A stretch of 64,000 nucleotides of DNA from Nitrospira sp. (GTDB lineage Bacteria; Nitrospirota; Nitrospiria; Nitrospirales; Nitrospiraceae). This document shows, piece after piece, positions 23,326 to 33,648 of the stretch. Under the pieces are notes generated by a model that saw only the letters and a program-made list of their open reading frames with translations, was not told the DNA's origin and made no database searches. Where the stretch lies: assembly GCA_024998565.1 (NCBI GenBank), contig JACOEM010000012.1, positions 45,403 through 109,402 on the forward strand, written 5' to 3'. Every line of letters begins with the position of its first letter. Positions within the stretch are counted from its first letter, which is position 1. A program made the translations under genes and the position numbers.

Positions 23326-25557
23326 ATGGAACCGTCTCGACTATCAATCCCGCCGTCTTTTTCAGATTCACGGCATCACGTTATGCGACTTCTCAAGAAC
23401 CTGTTCAATCGTTTGTCCGATAGCCTGTTGGTGTCGGTGCCCAGTCGAATCAGGGCGGCGCGTGACTTCGCCTCCGCTCCGGTATTGAGACTGGTCTCCA
23501 ACAAACCTGACGCTCCGGTCGGGGACAGTGCGGCGAAACGGGCTCCTTCCCATTCGATCGGCCAACTGGAAGCCTTGGAAGAAGCGCTCCGGAAAAGTCA
23601 GGCCTGGTTTCTGGCGAGGCAGGATGCGTCTGAAGGATACTGGGTTGCTGAGCTGGAAGCCGATACGACGCTAAGCTCTGAATACTTGATGTTGCGCCGG
23701 TTCATGAATTGCGTCGATCCCGAGCGCGAGCGCAAGGTGATCCGCTATTTGAAATCCGCGCAGCTTCCCTGCGGAGGCTGGCCGATTTACCACGGGGGAC
23801 CTGCGGATATCAGCGCTTCGGTCAAGGCCTACTTTGCCTTGAAGCTTTCCGGCGTGTCCGCGGATGAGCCGTTCATGGTGAATGCCAGAACCTGCATCCT
23901 CGACAAGGGCGGGGTGGTGGCGGCCAACGTCTTCACGAAAATCGCCCTGGCTCTCTTCGGGCAGTACGATTGGCGGGGCGTCCCCAGCATGCCTCCCGAA
24001 ATCATGCTGTTGCCGAAGCGGTTCTATTTCAGCATCTACGCCATTTCCTACTGGTCTCGCGCGGTGCTGATTCCACTCTTGATCATTTTCGCGAAACGAC
24101 CGCAGTGTTATGTGCCGCCGGAGCAGGGCATTGACGAGTTGTACACGGAGCCCCCGGCGCAGATTGACTATGGCACGGTGCCTCCGTTTAAGAAGGACCG
24201 GACGTGGTTTACCGCCCGAAACTTTTTCATCAATCTCGACGCGCTCCTCAAGATCTATGATCGTTCGCCGGTTGAGTGGGTTCGGCAGAAGGCGCTCAAG
24301 TGCGCAGAGCATTGGATGCTCGACCACATGAAGGGCAGCGGAGGCCTCGGTGCGATTTATCCTGCCATGGCCAACTCCGTGATGGCGCTTCATTGCCTCG
24401 GATACAAGAACGATGATCCCCTTCTGGTGAAGGCCATGCGGGAGATCGAAGAACTGGAAGTACACGACACGGTGCAGGACAACGGTCAATGCGTCGATGC
24501 GATGCATTTGCAGCCCTGCCACTCCCCGATCTGGGACACGGCTTTGCTCATCAATGCTCTGATCGAGGCCGGCATGCCGCAGGATCATCCGGCGCTGCAG
24601 AAGGCTTCGACGTGGTTATTGTCAAAACAGACGAAGACCGTCGGCGATTGGATTATTTCGTCTCCCGGTGCCGAACCGGGCGGGTGGTATTTTCAATTCG
24701 AGAATGAACTGTTCCCCGATGTGGACGATTCCGCGGTGGTCTTGATGGCCCTGGCGAAAGTGCATCTGTCCGACGAGGCGCAGCAACGTCTGGCGATTCG
24801 TCGCGGTTGCCGCTGGGTGACCGCCATGCAGGGATCTGATGGGGGATGGGGCGCCTACGACGTCGACAACAATCGGATCGTCTTCAACTACATCCCGTTC
24901 GCGGATCATCGGGCCCTGCTCGATCCGAGCACGGCCGACCTGGCGGGACGTTGCCTGGAGATGCTCGCGACGCTGGGATACGACTGGACCCATCCCGCCG
25001 TGGCGTCCGCGCTCACGTTTGTGAAAAACGATCAGGAGCAGGACGGCAGCTGGTATGGTCGCTGGGGTGTGAACTACATTTACGGTACCTGGTCGGTCCT
25101 ATCCGGCCTGCGAGCGATCGGGGAGGATCTCTCGTCGCCCTATATCCGTCGCGCGGTCACTTGGGTCGAGTCCAAGCAAAACCCCGATGGCGGGTGGGGT
25201 GAGTCCTGCCTCTCGTATGGAGATGTCTCGCAGAGCGGTCGCGGTGACAGCACGCCGTCGCAAACAGCCTGGGCGTTGTTGGCCCTGATGGCAGGCGGAG
25301 TGACGGACTCTTTCAGCCTGGCCAGGGGGATCCATTACCTCATTCGGAATCAGCGGAAGGATGGGTCATGGGAAGAGGTGCGCCATACCGGAACTGGTTT
25401 CCCTCGCGTGTTTTACCTTCGTTATCATTGGTATTGCCAATACTTCCCCCTCTGGGCGCTGGCCATGTACCGCAATCTCAAAACTCGTGGAACGACGAGG
25501 GCCGATGAATTGCGTCTGCAGGCCTATCAATCAGGACAGTTCCGGTCGCCACGCTGA
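23326..25557 (+). CDS. shc: Squalene-hopene cyclase (true start may be 23383)
   Basis: DxDD motif PDVDDSAVV, multiple QW repeats (QLPCGGW, QGSDGGW, QEQDGSW, QNPDGGW, QRKDGSW), GTGFP. Confidence 0.96.
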   Translation: MEPSRLSIPPSFSDSRHHVMRLLKNLFNRLSDSLLVSVPSRIRAARDFASAPVLRLVSNKPDAPVGDSAAKRAPSHSIGQLEALEEALRKSQAWFLARQDASEGYWVAELEADTTLSSEYLMLRRFMNCVDPERERKVIRYLKSAQLPCGGWPIYHGGPADISASVKAYFALKLSGVSADEPFMVNARTCILDKGGVVAANVFTKIALALFGQYDWRGVPSMPPEIMLLPKRFYFSIYAISYWSRAVLIPLLIIFAKRPQCYVPPEQGIDELYTEPPAQIDYGTVPPFKKDRTWFTARNFFINLDALLKIYDRSPVEWVRQKALKCAEHWMLDHMKGSGGLGAIYPAMANSVMALHCLGYKNDDPLLVKAMREIEELEVHDTVQDNGQCVDAMHLQPCHSPIWDTALLINALIEAGMPQDHPALQKASTWLLSKQTKTVGDWIISSPGAEPGGWYFQFENELFPDVDDSAVVLMALAKVHLSDEAQQRLAIRRGCRWVTAMQGSDGGWGAYDVDNNRIVFNYIPFADHRALLDPSTADLAGRCLEMLATLGYDWTHPAVASALTFVKNDQEQDGSWYGRWGVNYIYGTWSVLSGLRAIGEDLSSPYIRRAVTWVESKQNPDGGWGESCLSYGDVSQSGRGDSTPSQTAWALLALMAGGVTDSFSLARGIHYLIRNQRKDGSWEEVRHTGTGFPRVFYLRYHWYCQYFPLWALAMYRNLKTRGTTRADELRLQAYQSGQFRSPR

Positions 25558-25563
25558 CCGTGG

Positions 25564-26367
25564 ATGTTCATCGAGTTCAATTTTTCCTGTCATTGTCCCT
25601 CGGGAGTCATTGTGACCGCGATCGGCGTCTTCGTGGCAACCCGATGGGAGTTGGCTGCCGTGCGCCAGGCGTTTGCCGCGAGCGAAGTGCGGGTCCTCGG
25701 AGGGATTCGTTGCATCGTCGCGCGGCAGGGCCAGGTCGAGTGGTGGATCATTCCGATGGGGGTCGGTCCCGAGCGGGCCACTGCAACCGGCAAAAGGGTG
25801 TTCGGGGAACAGTCATTTGCCGCGGTATGGTCGACGGGGTTTGCCTGTGCCTTGGGGCAGGCCGTTATCGGCGAGGTGTTGGTCGGAACCCACGTGATCA
25901 TGGAGGGTGGCGCGGAGGACGGGCGGTCCGTTCCCTGTGCTGCGGCGGGAGTCGAGTGGGTGCGACAGGCCGTGCAGCAACAGCGTCTGCCGGTGCAGGC
26001 CGGGCGGTTTGTTTCGGTGCCACGGGTCCTCTGTCGGGCGGAAGAGAAACAGGAGATCGCGCGTCGAGCGGGAGGGATCGGACTCGACATGGAAAGTGCG
26101 GCGCTGGGGTCCGTGGCCTCGGAGCGCAAGATTCCATTTGTCATCGTACGTACGACCTCGGATCTTGTCGATGAAAGCCTTCCGCTTGACTTCAATCTGT
26201 TTCTCAGGCCATCTGGGTGGGTGAAGGGTGTCGCCGCTTGTCTGGCTCATCCGACGAGTCTGATCGGGCTTAATCGACTTCGTGTGCAAAGCCGCGTCGC
26301 CGGGACACAATTAACGGCGGTATTCAGAGCCTGCGCCGAAAAGGCGTTGCGCGAAGGTCTGGCCTGA
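25564..26367 (+). CDS. Nucleoside phosphorylase-family protein, HpnG-like (hopanoid-associated)
   Basis: STGFACAL, GLDMESAA, VRTTSD (PNP/MTAN fold); directly downstream of shc. Confidence 0.7.
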   Translation: MFIEFNFSCHCPSGVIVTAIGVFVATRWELAAVRQAFAASEVRVLGGIRCIVARQGQVEWWIIPMGVGPERATATGKRVFGEQSFAAVWSTGFACALGQAVIGEVLVGTHVIMEGGAEDGRSVPCAAAGVEWVRQAVQQQRLPVQAGRFVSVPRVLCRAEEKQEIARRAGGIGLDMESAALGSVASERKIPFVIVRTTSDLVDESLPLDFNLFLRPSGWVKGVAACLAHPTSLIGLNRLRVQSRVAGTQLTAVFRACAEKALREGLA

Positions 26368-26427
26368 CTGGGCCCAACGTGTTTCGACGGCTGAGTGTCG
26401 GGTAAGTGGACGAGAGGAGAGCGTGGC

Positions 26428-27195
26428 ATGGAAGGTATTGCTCGTATCGGACGGTATACGATCGATCTGACAGAGCAGATGGGACGGATGATGTTGTTCG
26501 TCCTCTCCTCCTTTGCCTGGCTGACGCGTCCGCCGTTCCGGGTCTACCAAATCGTCAAGCAGCTCAATTTCATCGGCTATAAGTCAACCTTTGTCGTCGT
26601 CCTTACGGCCGTCTTTACCGGCATGGTCCTGGCGCTGCAGGGACATTACACGCTACGAAAGTTCGGCTCTGAAGCCGTGCTCGGTTCTGCCGTGGCGCTC
26701 AGCATCATCCGGGAACTGGGGCCTGTTCTGGCGGCGTTGATGGTGACGGCCCGGGCCGGATCCGCCATGACCGCGGAAATCGGCATCATGCGGATTACGG
26801 AACAGATCGATGCCCTGGACACGATGGCCATCAATCCACTGCAATACTTGATTGGGCCTAAACTCGTCGCCAGTCTCATCGCCGTACCGCTGCTGGTCGC
26901 GCTCTTTGACGTCGTCGGGATTTACGGGGGGTACGTCGTCGGCGTGCAATTGTTGAACGGGAATGAAGGCGCCTACTGGAGTTCGATTGAGTCGGCCGTC
27001 GAGTGGAAGGATGTCTACGGAGGCATTTTGAAATCCATCAGCTTCGGCCTGCTGATCAGTTGGGTCTGTTGTTACAAAGGCTTTCACACCAGGCATAGCG
27101 CCGAGGGGTTGGGGACCGCGACGACCGAAGCCGTGGTGCTTTCGGCGGTCTTGATTCTGGTGTGGGATTATTTTTTGACGTCGGTGCTGCTGTAA
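26428..27195 (+). CDS. mlaE: MlaE-family ABC permease
   Basis: IRELGPVL, GSAMTAEIG, EQIDALDTM. Confidence 0.93.
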   Translation: MEGIARIGRYTIDLTEQMGRMMLFVLSSFAWLTRPPFRVYQIVKQLNFIGYKSTFVVVLTAVFTGMVLALQGHYTLRKFGSEAVLGSAVALSIIRELGPVLAALMVTARAGSAMTAEIGIMRITEQIDALDTMAINPLQYLIGPKLVASLIAVPLLVALFDVVGIYGGYVVGVQLLNGNEGAYWSSIESAVEWKDVYGGILKSISFGLLISWVCCYKGFHTRHSAEGLGTATTEAVVLSAVLILVWDYFLTSVLL

Positions 27196-27284
27196 CGTCG
27201 TGAAGGCTCAAGCGTGAGACGTGAAACGTACGAGGAGGATGGAAATGCGACCGTAGGGTACGCATTTTGCGCTCACGAGGCTCC

Positions 27285-28046
27285 ATGATTAAACTGGTCG
27301 GCGTTGAAAAGACTTTGGGCAAGCAGCCGGTGTTGCGGGGCGTGGACCTGACCATTCCTACTGGAAAGTTGACCACGATCATCGGGCGAAGCGGCGAAGG
27401 CAAGAGCGTGCTGTTGAAGCATATCATTGGCCTCATGCAGCCGGATCGGGGTGAGGTCTGGATCGACGGGACGAACATTGCGCGACTCAAGGGGCAGGCG
27501 CTCAATGAGGTGCGCAAGAAGTTCGCCATGTTGTTCCAGGGTGCGGCCCTGTTCGACTCGATGACGGTATTTGAGAATGTCGCCTTCCCCCTGCGCGAGA
27601 AACTTCGCCTGAAGGGCGAGATCGTCACCCGGAGGGTCGAGGAGAAACTGGAGCAGGTGGGGCTGAAGGGCATGGGCCATAAGTTTCCCGCCGAACTGAG
27701 CGGCGGCATGCGCAAACGCGCCGGGTTGGCGCGCGCCCTGGTCATGGAGCCCGAGATCATTCTGTTCGACGAGCCGACGACGGGGCTCGATCCGTTGATG
27801 GCGAAAGCCATTCATGATCTGATCGTGGCGATGCAGCAGCAATTCAAGTTTACCGCCGTCATGGTCAGTCACGAGATTCCGGAAATTTTCGGGATTTCCG
27901 ATTATGTGGCGATGCTCAAGAACGGCCGGATCGCCGAAATGGCGCCTTCGAACGAGTTTGTGAAGACAACGGACGAAGAGATTCGGGAGTTTATTTTTGT
28001 CGCCGGGACCGTCACGCCGAAGGGGCTGCCGACTGCATCCCTCTGA
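27285..28046 (+). CDS. mlaF: MlaF-family ABC ATPase
   Basis: GRSGEGKS, LFQGAALFDS, ELSGGMRKR, ILFDEPTTGLDP. Confidence 0.93.
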   Translation: MIKLVGVEKTLGKQPVLRGVDLTIPTGKLTTIIGRSGEGKSVLLKHIIGLMQPDRGEVWIDGTNIARLKGQALNEVRKKFAMLFQGAALFDSMTVFENVAFPLREKLRLKGEIVTRRVEEKLEQVGLKGMGHKFPAELSGGMRKRAGLARALVMEPEIILFDEPTTGLDPLMAKAIHDLIVAMQQQFKFTAVMVSHEIPEIFGISDYVAMLKNGRIAEMAPSNEFVKTTDEEIREFIFVAGTVTPKGLPTASL

Positions 28047-28058
28047 TTAGGAGACGTT

Positions 28059-28502
28059 ATGGAACGCGCAAAGCTGGAATTGATGGTGGGAATCTTTGTG
28101 CTCGTCGGGATCGCCTGCCTAGGTTACCTGTCCATCAAGTTGGGAAAACTGGAAGTCATCGGCGGGCACAATTACCCGGTCGAGGCGGAGTTTACGTCTG
28201 CGTCGGGACTCAAGCCTGGGGCGTCGGTCGAAATCGCCGGTGTCGAGGTGGGACGTGTCCGGCATATCGGCCTGAGCAGCGACCGTGCCCTGGTGGCATT
28301 GGCCATTCAAGACGGCGTGAAGTTGTATTCCGATACGATCGCCTCGATCAAGACTCGCGGGATTATCGGGGACAAGTATCTGGCCCTCTCGGTGGGCGGT
28401 GGCGGAGACCAGCTCAAACCCGGCGACAAGATTCGCGATACCGAGTCCGGACTTGATCTCGAAGAATTGGTCAGCCAGTATGTACACGGGAAGGTCAACT
28501 AA
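28059..28502 (+). CDS. mlaD: MlaD-family MCE protein
   Basis: N-terminal TM, GLKPGASVEIAGVEVG, TRGIIGDKY, LEELVSQY. Confidence 0.93.
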   Translation: MERAKLELMVGIFVLVGIACLGYLSIKLGKLEVIGGHNYPVEAEFTSASGLKPGASVEIAGVEVGRVRHIGLSSDRALVALAIQDGVKLYSDTIASIKTRGIIGDKYLALSVGGGGDQLKPGDKIRDTESGLDLEELVSQYVHGKVN

Positions 28503-28590
28503 CCTGATCGGTTTCAGTCACCAGGTAACGGACGTGAACAAGCCAGGCCGGTGGGGGACGAAACTCACCACTCAAAGGAGAGGTGTTGGA

Positions 28591-29205
28591 ATGCAGACAA
28601 GCCGTTGGATGATGATCGGGGTCGTGCTGGCCCTGCAGATAGTGGTGGGCGGGCTTTCGTCCGCCATGGCCGGACCGGCGACTGATTCGATCAAGGGCAC
28701 CATCGACGAGGTGCTCAGGATCCTGAACGATAAAGAATTGAAAGCCCCGGCCCGCCTGGAGGACCGGCGGCAGCGCCTGGAAAAAGTGGTAGCCCAGCGG
28801 TTCGACTATCCGGAGATGTCCCGGCGCTCGTTGGGTGCGCAGTGGAATCAATTGTCCGACAAGGACAAGCAGGAGTTCGTCGATTTGTTCCGGACGCTCT
28901 TGACCAATACGTACGCGGATCGTGTGGAGACCTATTCCGGCGAGGGTGTGCAGTATTTGAACGAGCGGACGGAGAAAGAGTATGCGGAAGTCCGCACCAA
29001 GGTGCTCTCCGGGAAAACTGAAATCCCCATGGATTACCGGTTGCTGAACAAGAGCAACGATTGGCATGTGTATGATGTCGTGGTTGATGGCGTCAGTCTG
29101 GTGAACAATTACCGCGGACAATTCACAAAGATCCTCCATACCTCCTCGTATCCCGAACTCGTCGATCAACTCCGCAAGAAATCCGACAAGATCAAAGCTC
29201 CGTAG
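28591..29205 (+). CDS. mlaC: MlaC/Ttg2D-family periplasmic lipid shuttle (HpnM-related family)
   Basis: Signal peptide, FDYPEMSRRSLG, YDVVVDGVSLVNNYRGQF; AGGAGAGG RBS. Confidence 0.9.
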   Translation: MQTSRWMMIGVVLALQIVVGGLSSAMAGPATDSIKGTIDEVLRILNDKELKAPARLEDRRQRLEKVVAQRFDYPEMSRRSLGAQWNQLSDKDKQEFVDLFRTLLTNTYADRVETYSGEGVQYLNERTEKEYAEVRTKVLSGKTEIPMDYRLLNKSNDWHVYDVVVDGVSLVNNYRGQFTKILHTSSYPELVDQLRKKSDKIKAP

Positions 29206-29239
29206 GTCCGGTAGGGAGCGAGCGATTCCGGCGAGCGCC

Positions 29240-30445
29240 ATGCAGTGTCACTATTTGTCGTCGATTCGAAGCTGTCTGGCGCTGGCCGGTCTGCTGCTCC
29301 TGAGCCTTCCGGCTCCGGCGGGCGCCGACACGCAGATTTTCCCGGTTCCCTCCGTCTCGACCAGCCGGAACGACGGCAACGACGCCGGCTTGATTGCGCC
29401 CATCCTGATTGCGGATCCGGACGGAGAACTGAAGTATCTGATGGCGCCCATGCTCATTCAGAACTCAATCGTGGGGACACGCGGGGTCTTTAATCTGTTC
29501 AAGTACGATCCGGGTGGGCGACAGATGCGATTCATCGCCTCGTTGACCGAACGAATCGAACGCAAGGTGTTGTTCGATTATGTCGATCCGGCATTCGGCA
29601 ACGGGCAATATTCACTGAATTTCGGCGGCACCTTTTTTAAGAACGCGACTTCCCGGTTCTTCGGCCTCGGACAGGCGACGACCCAGGCCGCCGAGTCCAA
29701 CTATACGGCCAGGGAAGCGCGCGCCTACTGGCGCCTCGGTCTCTACGCGAATGAAGTGACGCAGATTTCCGTCGGGCAGCGGGTCCGGCAGGTGCAGCTT
29801 CAGCGTGGGGCGATCGATCTGCCCTTTTCGGTCGAGCAATTTCCCACGGTTGACGGTATTCAAGGCGAGTCCATCATCGTGGGCCACCGCGCCTCGTTTT
29901 ATTACGACACCCGTGACAGTCTGGTGACTCCCACAGACGGCGTGGCCATCACCGCCTATGCCGAACTGAATCAAAATGTGAAAAACGGCGACCACCCGGT
30001 CTATTCGCGGTACGAACTCGAAGTCAAAAAATTATTCCCCAGCGAGTCCAAGCGCGCCATCCTGGTGGTTCGCGCCGACCTGCAGGCGACGATCGGATCC
30101 CAGGTGCCGTTTTTCGAACAGTCTTCGCTCGGGGGGCAGAACAATCTGCGCGGGTTCGGCTTGGACCGGTACATCGACAAACATCTGATTGCCTTCAGTA
30201 TCGAAGAGCGAATTCACATCTTGAGGACGAAACTGGCCGGAGTGACTGCGGATTTCGAGGTGGCGCCGTTTCTCGACACGGGGCAGGTCTTCAACTCATT
30301 CAAAGACGTCAGCTTTCAAGATTATCGGATGACCCCGGGGTTGGGGTTTCGCGCCATCGTTCGTCCCAATGTCGTCGGCCGGGTCGATTACGGGTACAGT
30401 CGCGAGGGCGGAGCGGTCTTCGCAGGGTTAGACTTTCCCTACTAA
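29240..30445 (+). CDS. Omp85/BamA-TamA-family beta-barrel without obvious POTRA domains
   Basis: Signal peptide, NLRGF loop motif, alternating beta strands, aromatic C-terminus FAGLDFPY. Confidence 0.65.
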   Translation: MQCHYLSSIRSCLALAGLLLLSLPAPAGADTQIFPVPSVSTSRNDGNDAGLIAPILIADPDGELKYLMAPMLIQNSIVGTRGVFNLFKYDPGGRQMRFIASLTERIERKVLFDYVDPAFGNGQYSLNFGGTFFKNATSRFFGLGQATTQAAESNYTAREARAYWRLGLYANEVTQISVGQRVRQVQLQRGAIDLPFSVEQFPTVDGIQGESIIVGHRASFYYDTRDSLVTPTDGVAITAYAELNQNVKNGDHPVYSRYELEVKKLFPSESKRAILVVRADLQATIGSQVPFFEQSSLGGQNNLRGFGLDRYIDKHLIAFSIEERIHILRTKLAGVTADFEVAPFLDTGQVFNSFKDVSFQDYRMTPGLGFRAIVRPNVVGRVDYGYSREGGAVFAGLDFPY

Positions 30446-31474
30446 GTGCCACTGAGTGAACGGCCGGGGTTACTCTTGCGGTACACCATTCATTGCTTCT
30501 GTCTCCTTGCACTCCTGAGTGTTCTGCCGCCTGCTGCCGGAGCGGAAGGCTTCGGTCCGTTTCCAGTCAGAAACTTTCAAGCGCTGGATCAACTGGTCCT
30601 GGCCATGCCGGGCGAGCGGGCGACGGTGCTTCGCAAGGGCGATTTCGATGTGCGGCTGGAAGCGGCGAATACGGCCAGCATTGCCAGGGACAGTGAGGCG
30701 CAAGCCGAGGTGGCGATGAAGTTTGAAACACTTCGGGCCGGCCTCTTTCTCCGATATGGTCTCACCGATCGGTTGGAGCTTGGCGCAGAGATTCCAGGCT
30801 ATCATCGGTACCGGGGCTTCATGGAGGGGGCGATCATCGGGGTGGAACGGGGCACGACCGGCGTGGCGCCGCCGCGCAAGGCCTTGCGGGAGACCGGGTA
30901 CGCCTTCAATATTTCAAATAGATCCCGCACGTTGTTTCAAGGAAACGAAGGCGCGACGGGATTGGGAGACATCTCGTTCTACGGCAAATACCAGATTCTC
31001 AAAGAAACCTCGAGCCTTCCGGCCCTGTCGGTTCGGGTCGGGGTCAAGGCTCCGACCGGAGACACCGGCGAAGTGTTCGGCAGCGGGCATCCTGACGCCG
31101 GTATCGGCCTAGCGCTGGATAAGAAGTTCGCCGATAACTGGATCCTGTACGCGAATCTCAACGGGGTGTTTCCCACGGGACGGATTGCCGGGTTGGGACT
31201 CCAGCCGGTGGTGAGCGGGTTGGTCGCCGTGGAATATCTCTGGACGGAGAACTTTTCCATCACGGCCCAATTCGATTATTATTCCCCGCCGTTTCACGGG
31301 ACAGGCACGCGCGTCCTGGATAAGGGCGTGACGGAGTCGGTGCTGGGGGTGAGTTATCGAATCCTTCCCGGTCTGCTCTGGCAGCTCTATGGAGTGGAGA
31401 ATCTGGATTTCATCACCGGGAGCGCGGCGGACTTTACCCTCTCCACCGTCCTCACCTACCGGTTCCGGTCGTAG
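30446..31474 (+). CDS. Outer membrane beta-barrel, DUF3187-like
   Basis: Signal peptide, GPFPVRN, GLGDISF, GVKAPTGD, GSGHPD, C-terminal YRF; family name from recall. Confidence 0.6.
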   Translation: MPLSERPGLLLRYTIHCFCLLALLSVLPPAAGAEGFGPFPVRNFQALDQLVLAMPGERATVLRKGDFDVRLEAANTASIARDSEAQAEVAMKFETLRAGLFLRYGLTDRLELGAEIPGYHRYRGFMEGAIIGVERGTTGVAPPRKALRETGYAFNISNRSRTLFQGNEGATGLGDISFYGKYQILKETSSLPALSVRVGVKAPTGDTGEVFGSGHPDAGIGLALDKKFADNWILYANLNGVFPTGRIAGLGLQPVVSGLVAVEYLWTENFSITAQFDYYSPPFHGTGTRVLDKGVTESVLGVSYRILPGLLWQLYGVENLDFITGSAADFTLSTVLTYRFRS

Positions 31475-31657
31475 TCGGGAGGGCGAAGTTTTTGGTGCGA
31501 GGGAAGGCGAAATCTTGACACAGGCAGTGCCATATGTGAGGATGAGCCGATTATACGAAACTTCTTCGCTGCTTCGTCGCGACCTTCTCTATACGGCTTG
31601 TTCCCACTGAATGAATACCTGCGTCCAATTGTCATCATTTGACAAGGAGATTGTGCA

Positions 31658-33604
31658 ATGTCTCTGCTGAAAAATATCCACAGTCCCGCTGATTTGAAAC
31701 GCCTCTCCCCTGAGCAGTTTCCGGAACTGTGCCAGGAGATCCGTGAGCAGATCCTTACGGTGGTTTCGAATGTCGGGGGGCACCTGGCCTCCAATCTGGG
31801 TGTGGTGGAGCTGACGGTCGCGCTGCAATATCTCCTGGATACGCCGAAAGACAAAATTGTGTGGGATACCAGCAATCAAGCCTATACCCACAAACTGCTC
31901 ACCGGACGCCGGGAGCAGTTCCATACGCTCCGGCAGTACGGCGGGTTGAGCGGGTTCTGTAAGCGTGAAGAGAGCGTCTACGACACTTTCAACGCCGGGC
32001 ACGCCGGCACCGGCGTCTCCGCCGCATTCGGCATGGTGGAAGCGCGCGAGCAGCGGAACGAAAAACACAAAGTTGTCTGCGTGGTCGGTGACGGCGCCAT
32101 GACGGCCGGGATGACCCTCGAAGGGTTGCACCATGCCGGCGGCACCAACAAGGATTTCATCGTCGTCCTGAACGACAACCAGATGTCCATCTCGAAGAAC
32201 GTCGGGGCGATTTCGGCCTACCTGAACCGGACCTTCACCGGCGAATTCTACGCACGTATGCGGGAAGAAACCGGCCAACTGTTGCGGAAGATTCCTCACA
32301 TCGGCTTGGAGGTGCAGAAAATCGCCCGCCGCGCCGAGGAGCTGGCCAAGGGGGCGATTCTTCCGGGTCTGTTGTTTGAGGAGTTGGGCTTCCAGTACGC
32401 CGGACCGATCGATGGACACAATTTCGAGCACCTGCTGCCGACCTTGGAGAACGTGCTCAAAATGAAGGGCCCGGTCCTGCTGCATGTGATCACGAAGAAG
32501 GGCTTGGGCTATCAGGCGGCGATGGATAATCCGGTCTGGTTCCATGCCTGTCCGCCGTTTGTGCGTGAAACGGGTGTGCCGGCCAAGAAAGCCGCGCGCC
32601 CCAGCTATACGAGTATGGCGATCGATGCGCTGATCAAAGTCGCTCATCAGGACAAGCGGATCGTGGCTGTTACCGCCGCCATGTGCGAGGGCACGGGCCT
32701 CAATGCGTTCGAGAAGGTCTTCCCCGATCGGATTTATGACGTGGGTATCGCCGAGCAACATGCCGTCACCTTCGCCGCCGGTATGGCTGCGCAGGGCATG
32801 AAGCCGGTGGTCGCGCTGTATTCCACATTCTTGCAGCGGGCCTATGACCAGGTGGTGCACGATGTGGCCACCCAGAATTTGCCGGTGACCTTCTGCATCG
32901 ACCGGGGCGGTCTGGTGGCCGAGGATGGTACGACGCACCACGGTGCGTTCGATTTTGCCTTCCTGCGCCATGTGCCGAACATGGTGGTCGCGGCACCGAA
33001 GGACGAAAACGAGCTGCAGCACATGATGAAGACCTGTGTGACGCATGACGGGCCCGCCTCGGTACGGTACGCGCGTGGCGTGAGTCTCGGGGTGCCGATG
33101 GATCCCGAACCGACGGCGTTGCCGATCGGCAAGGGCGAGTTGTTGCGGGAAGGCACGGATGTGGCGATTGTGGCGATCGGAGTCACCGTCTGGCCAGCCA
33201 TGAAAGCGGCCGAACGGTTGGCGCAGGAGGGGATCTCCGCCGCGGTGGTCAACGCCCGTTTCGTGAAACCTCTCGACACGGAATTGATCATCAAGACGGC
33301 GAAGAACGTGCGCTGTCTGGTGACTGTCGAAGAAGGCTGCAAGATGGGCGGGTTTGGTTCCGCCGTCTTGGAAGCCCTGTCGGAAGAAGGTATCACGAAC
33401 CTGAGAACGAAGGTGATCGGTCTTCCCGACTGGTACATCGAGCAGGGTCCGCAAGACCTGCTGCGCGAACGATATGGCCTGACAGCCGACGGCATTTACA
33501 ACAACGTGAAGGCGTTGTTCGGGGCGAGTGTGGCCACGGATGATGCAGCCCGGTTGGCGTCGCTGGTGGGGAGTTTGCCGCACGGCGATGAGCAGGGCAG
33601 CTAG
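31658..33604 (+). CDS. dxs: 1-deoxy-D-xylulose-5-phosphate synthase
   Basis: GGHLASNLG, VGDGA..NDN TPP motif, GIAEQH, DRGGLVAEDGTTH. Confidence 0.98.
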   Translation: MSLLKNIHSPADLKRLSPEQFPELCQEIREQILTVVSNVGGHLASNLGVVELTVALQYLLDTPKDKIVWDTSNQAYTHKLLTGRREQFHTLRQYGGLSGFCKREESVYDTFNAGHAGTGVSAAFGMVEAREQRNEKHKVVCVVGDGAMTAGMTLEGLHHAGGTNKDFIVVLNDNQMSISKNVGAISAYLNRTFTGEFYARMREETGQLLRKIPHIGLEVQKIARRAEELAKGAILPGLLFEELGFQYAGPIDGHNFEHLLPTLENVLKMKGPVLLHVITKKGLGYQAAMDNPVWFHACPPFVRETGVPAKKAARPSYTSMAIDALIKVAHQDKRIVAVTAAMCEGTGLNAFEKVFPDRIYDVGIAEQHAVTFAAGMAAQGMKPVVALYSTFLQRAYDQVVHDVATQNLPVTFCIDRGGLVAEDGTTHHGAFDFAFLRHVPNMVVAAPKDENELQHMMKTCVTHDGPASVRYARGVSLGVPMDPEPTALPIGKGELLREGTDVAIVAIGVTVWPAMKAAERLAQEGISAAVVNARFVKPLDTELIIKTAKNVRCLVTVEEGCKMGGFGSAVLEALSEEGITNLRTKVIGLPDWYIEQGPQDLLRERYGLTADGIYNNVKALFGASVATDDAARLASLVGSLPHGDEQGS

Positions 33605-33648
33605 TTGATGTCGAGGTGTGCCGAAACAGGACATAAGCCGAGAAGCTG

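Noticed and set aside
27213-27230. 7-bp tandem repeat CGTGAGA/CGTGAAA between mlaE and mlaF
   Set aside because: Only about 2.5 units; too short to assign a function
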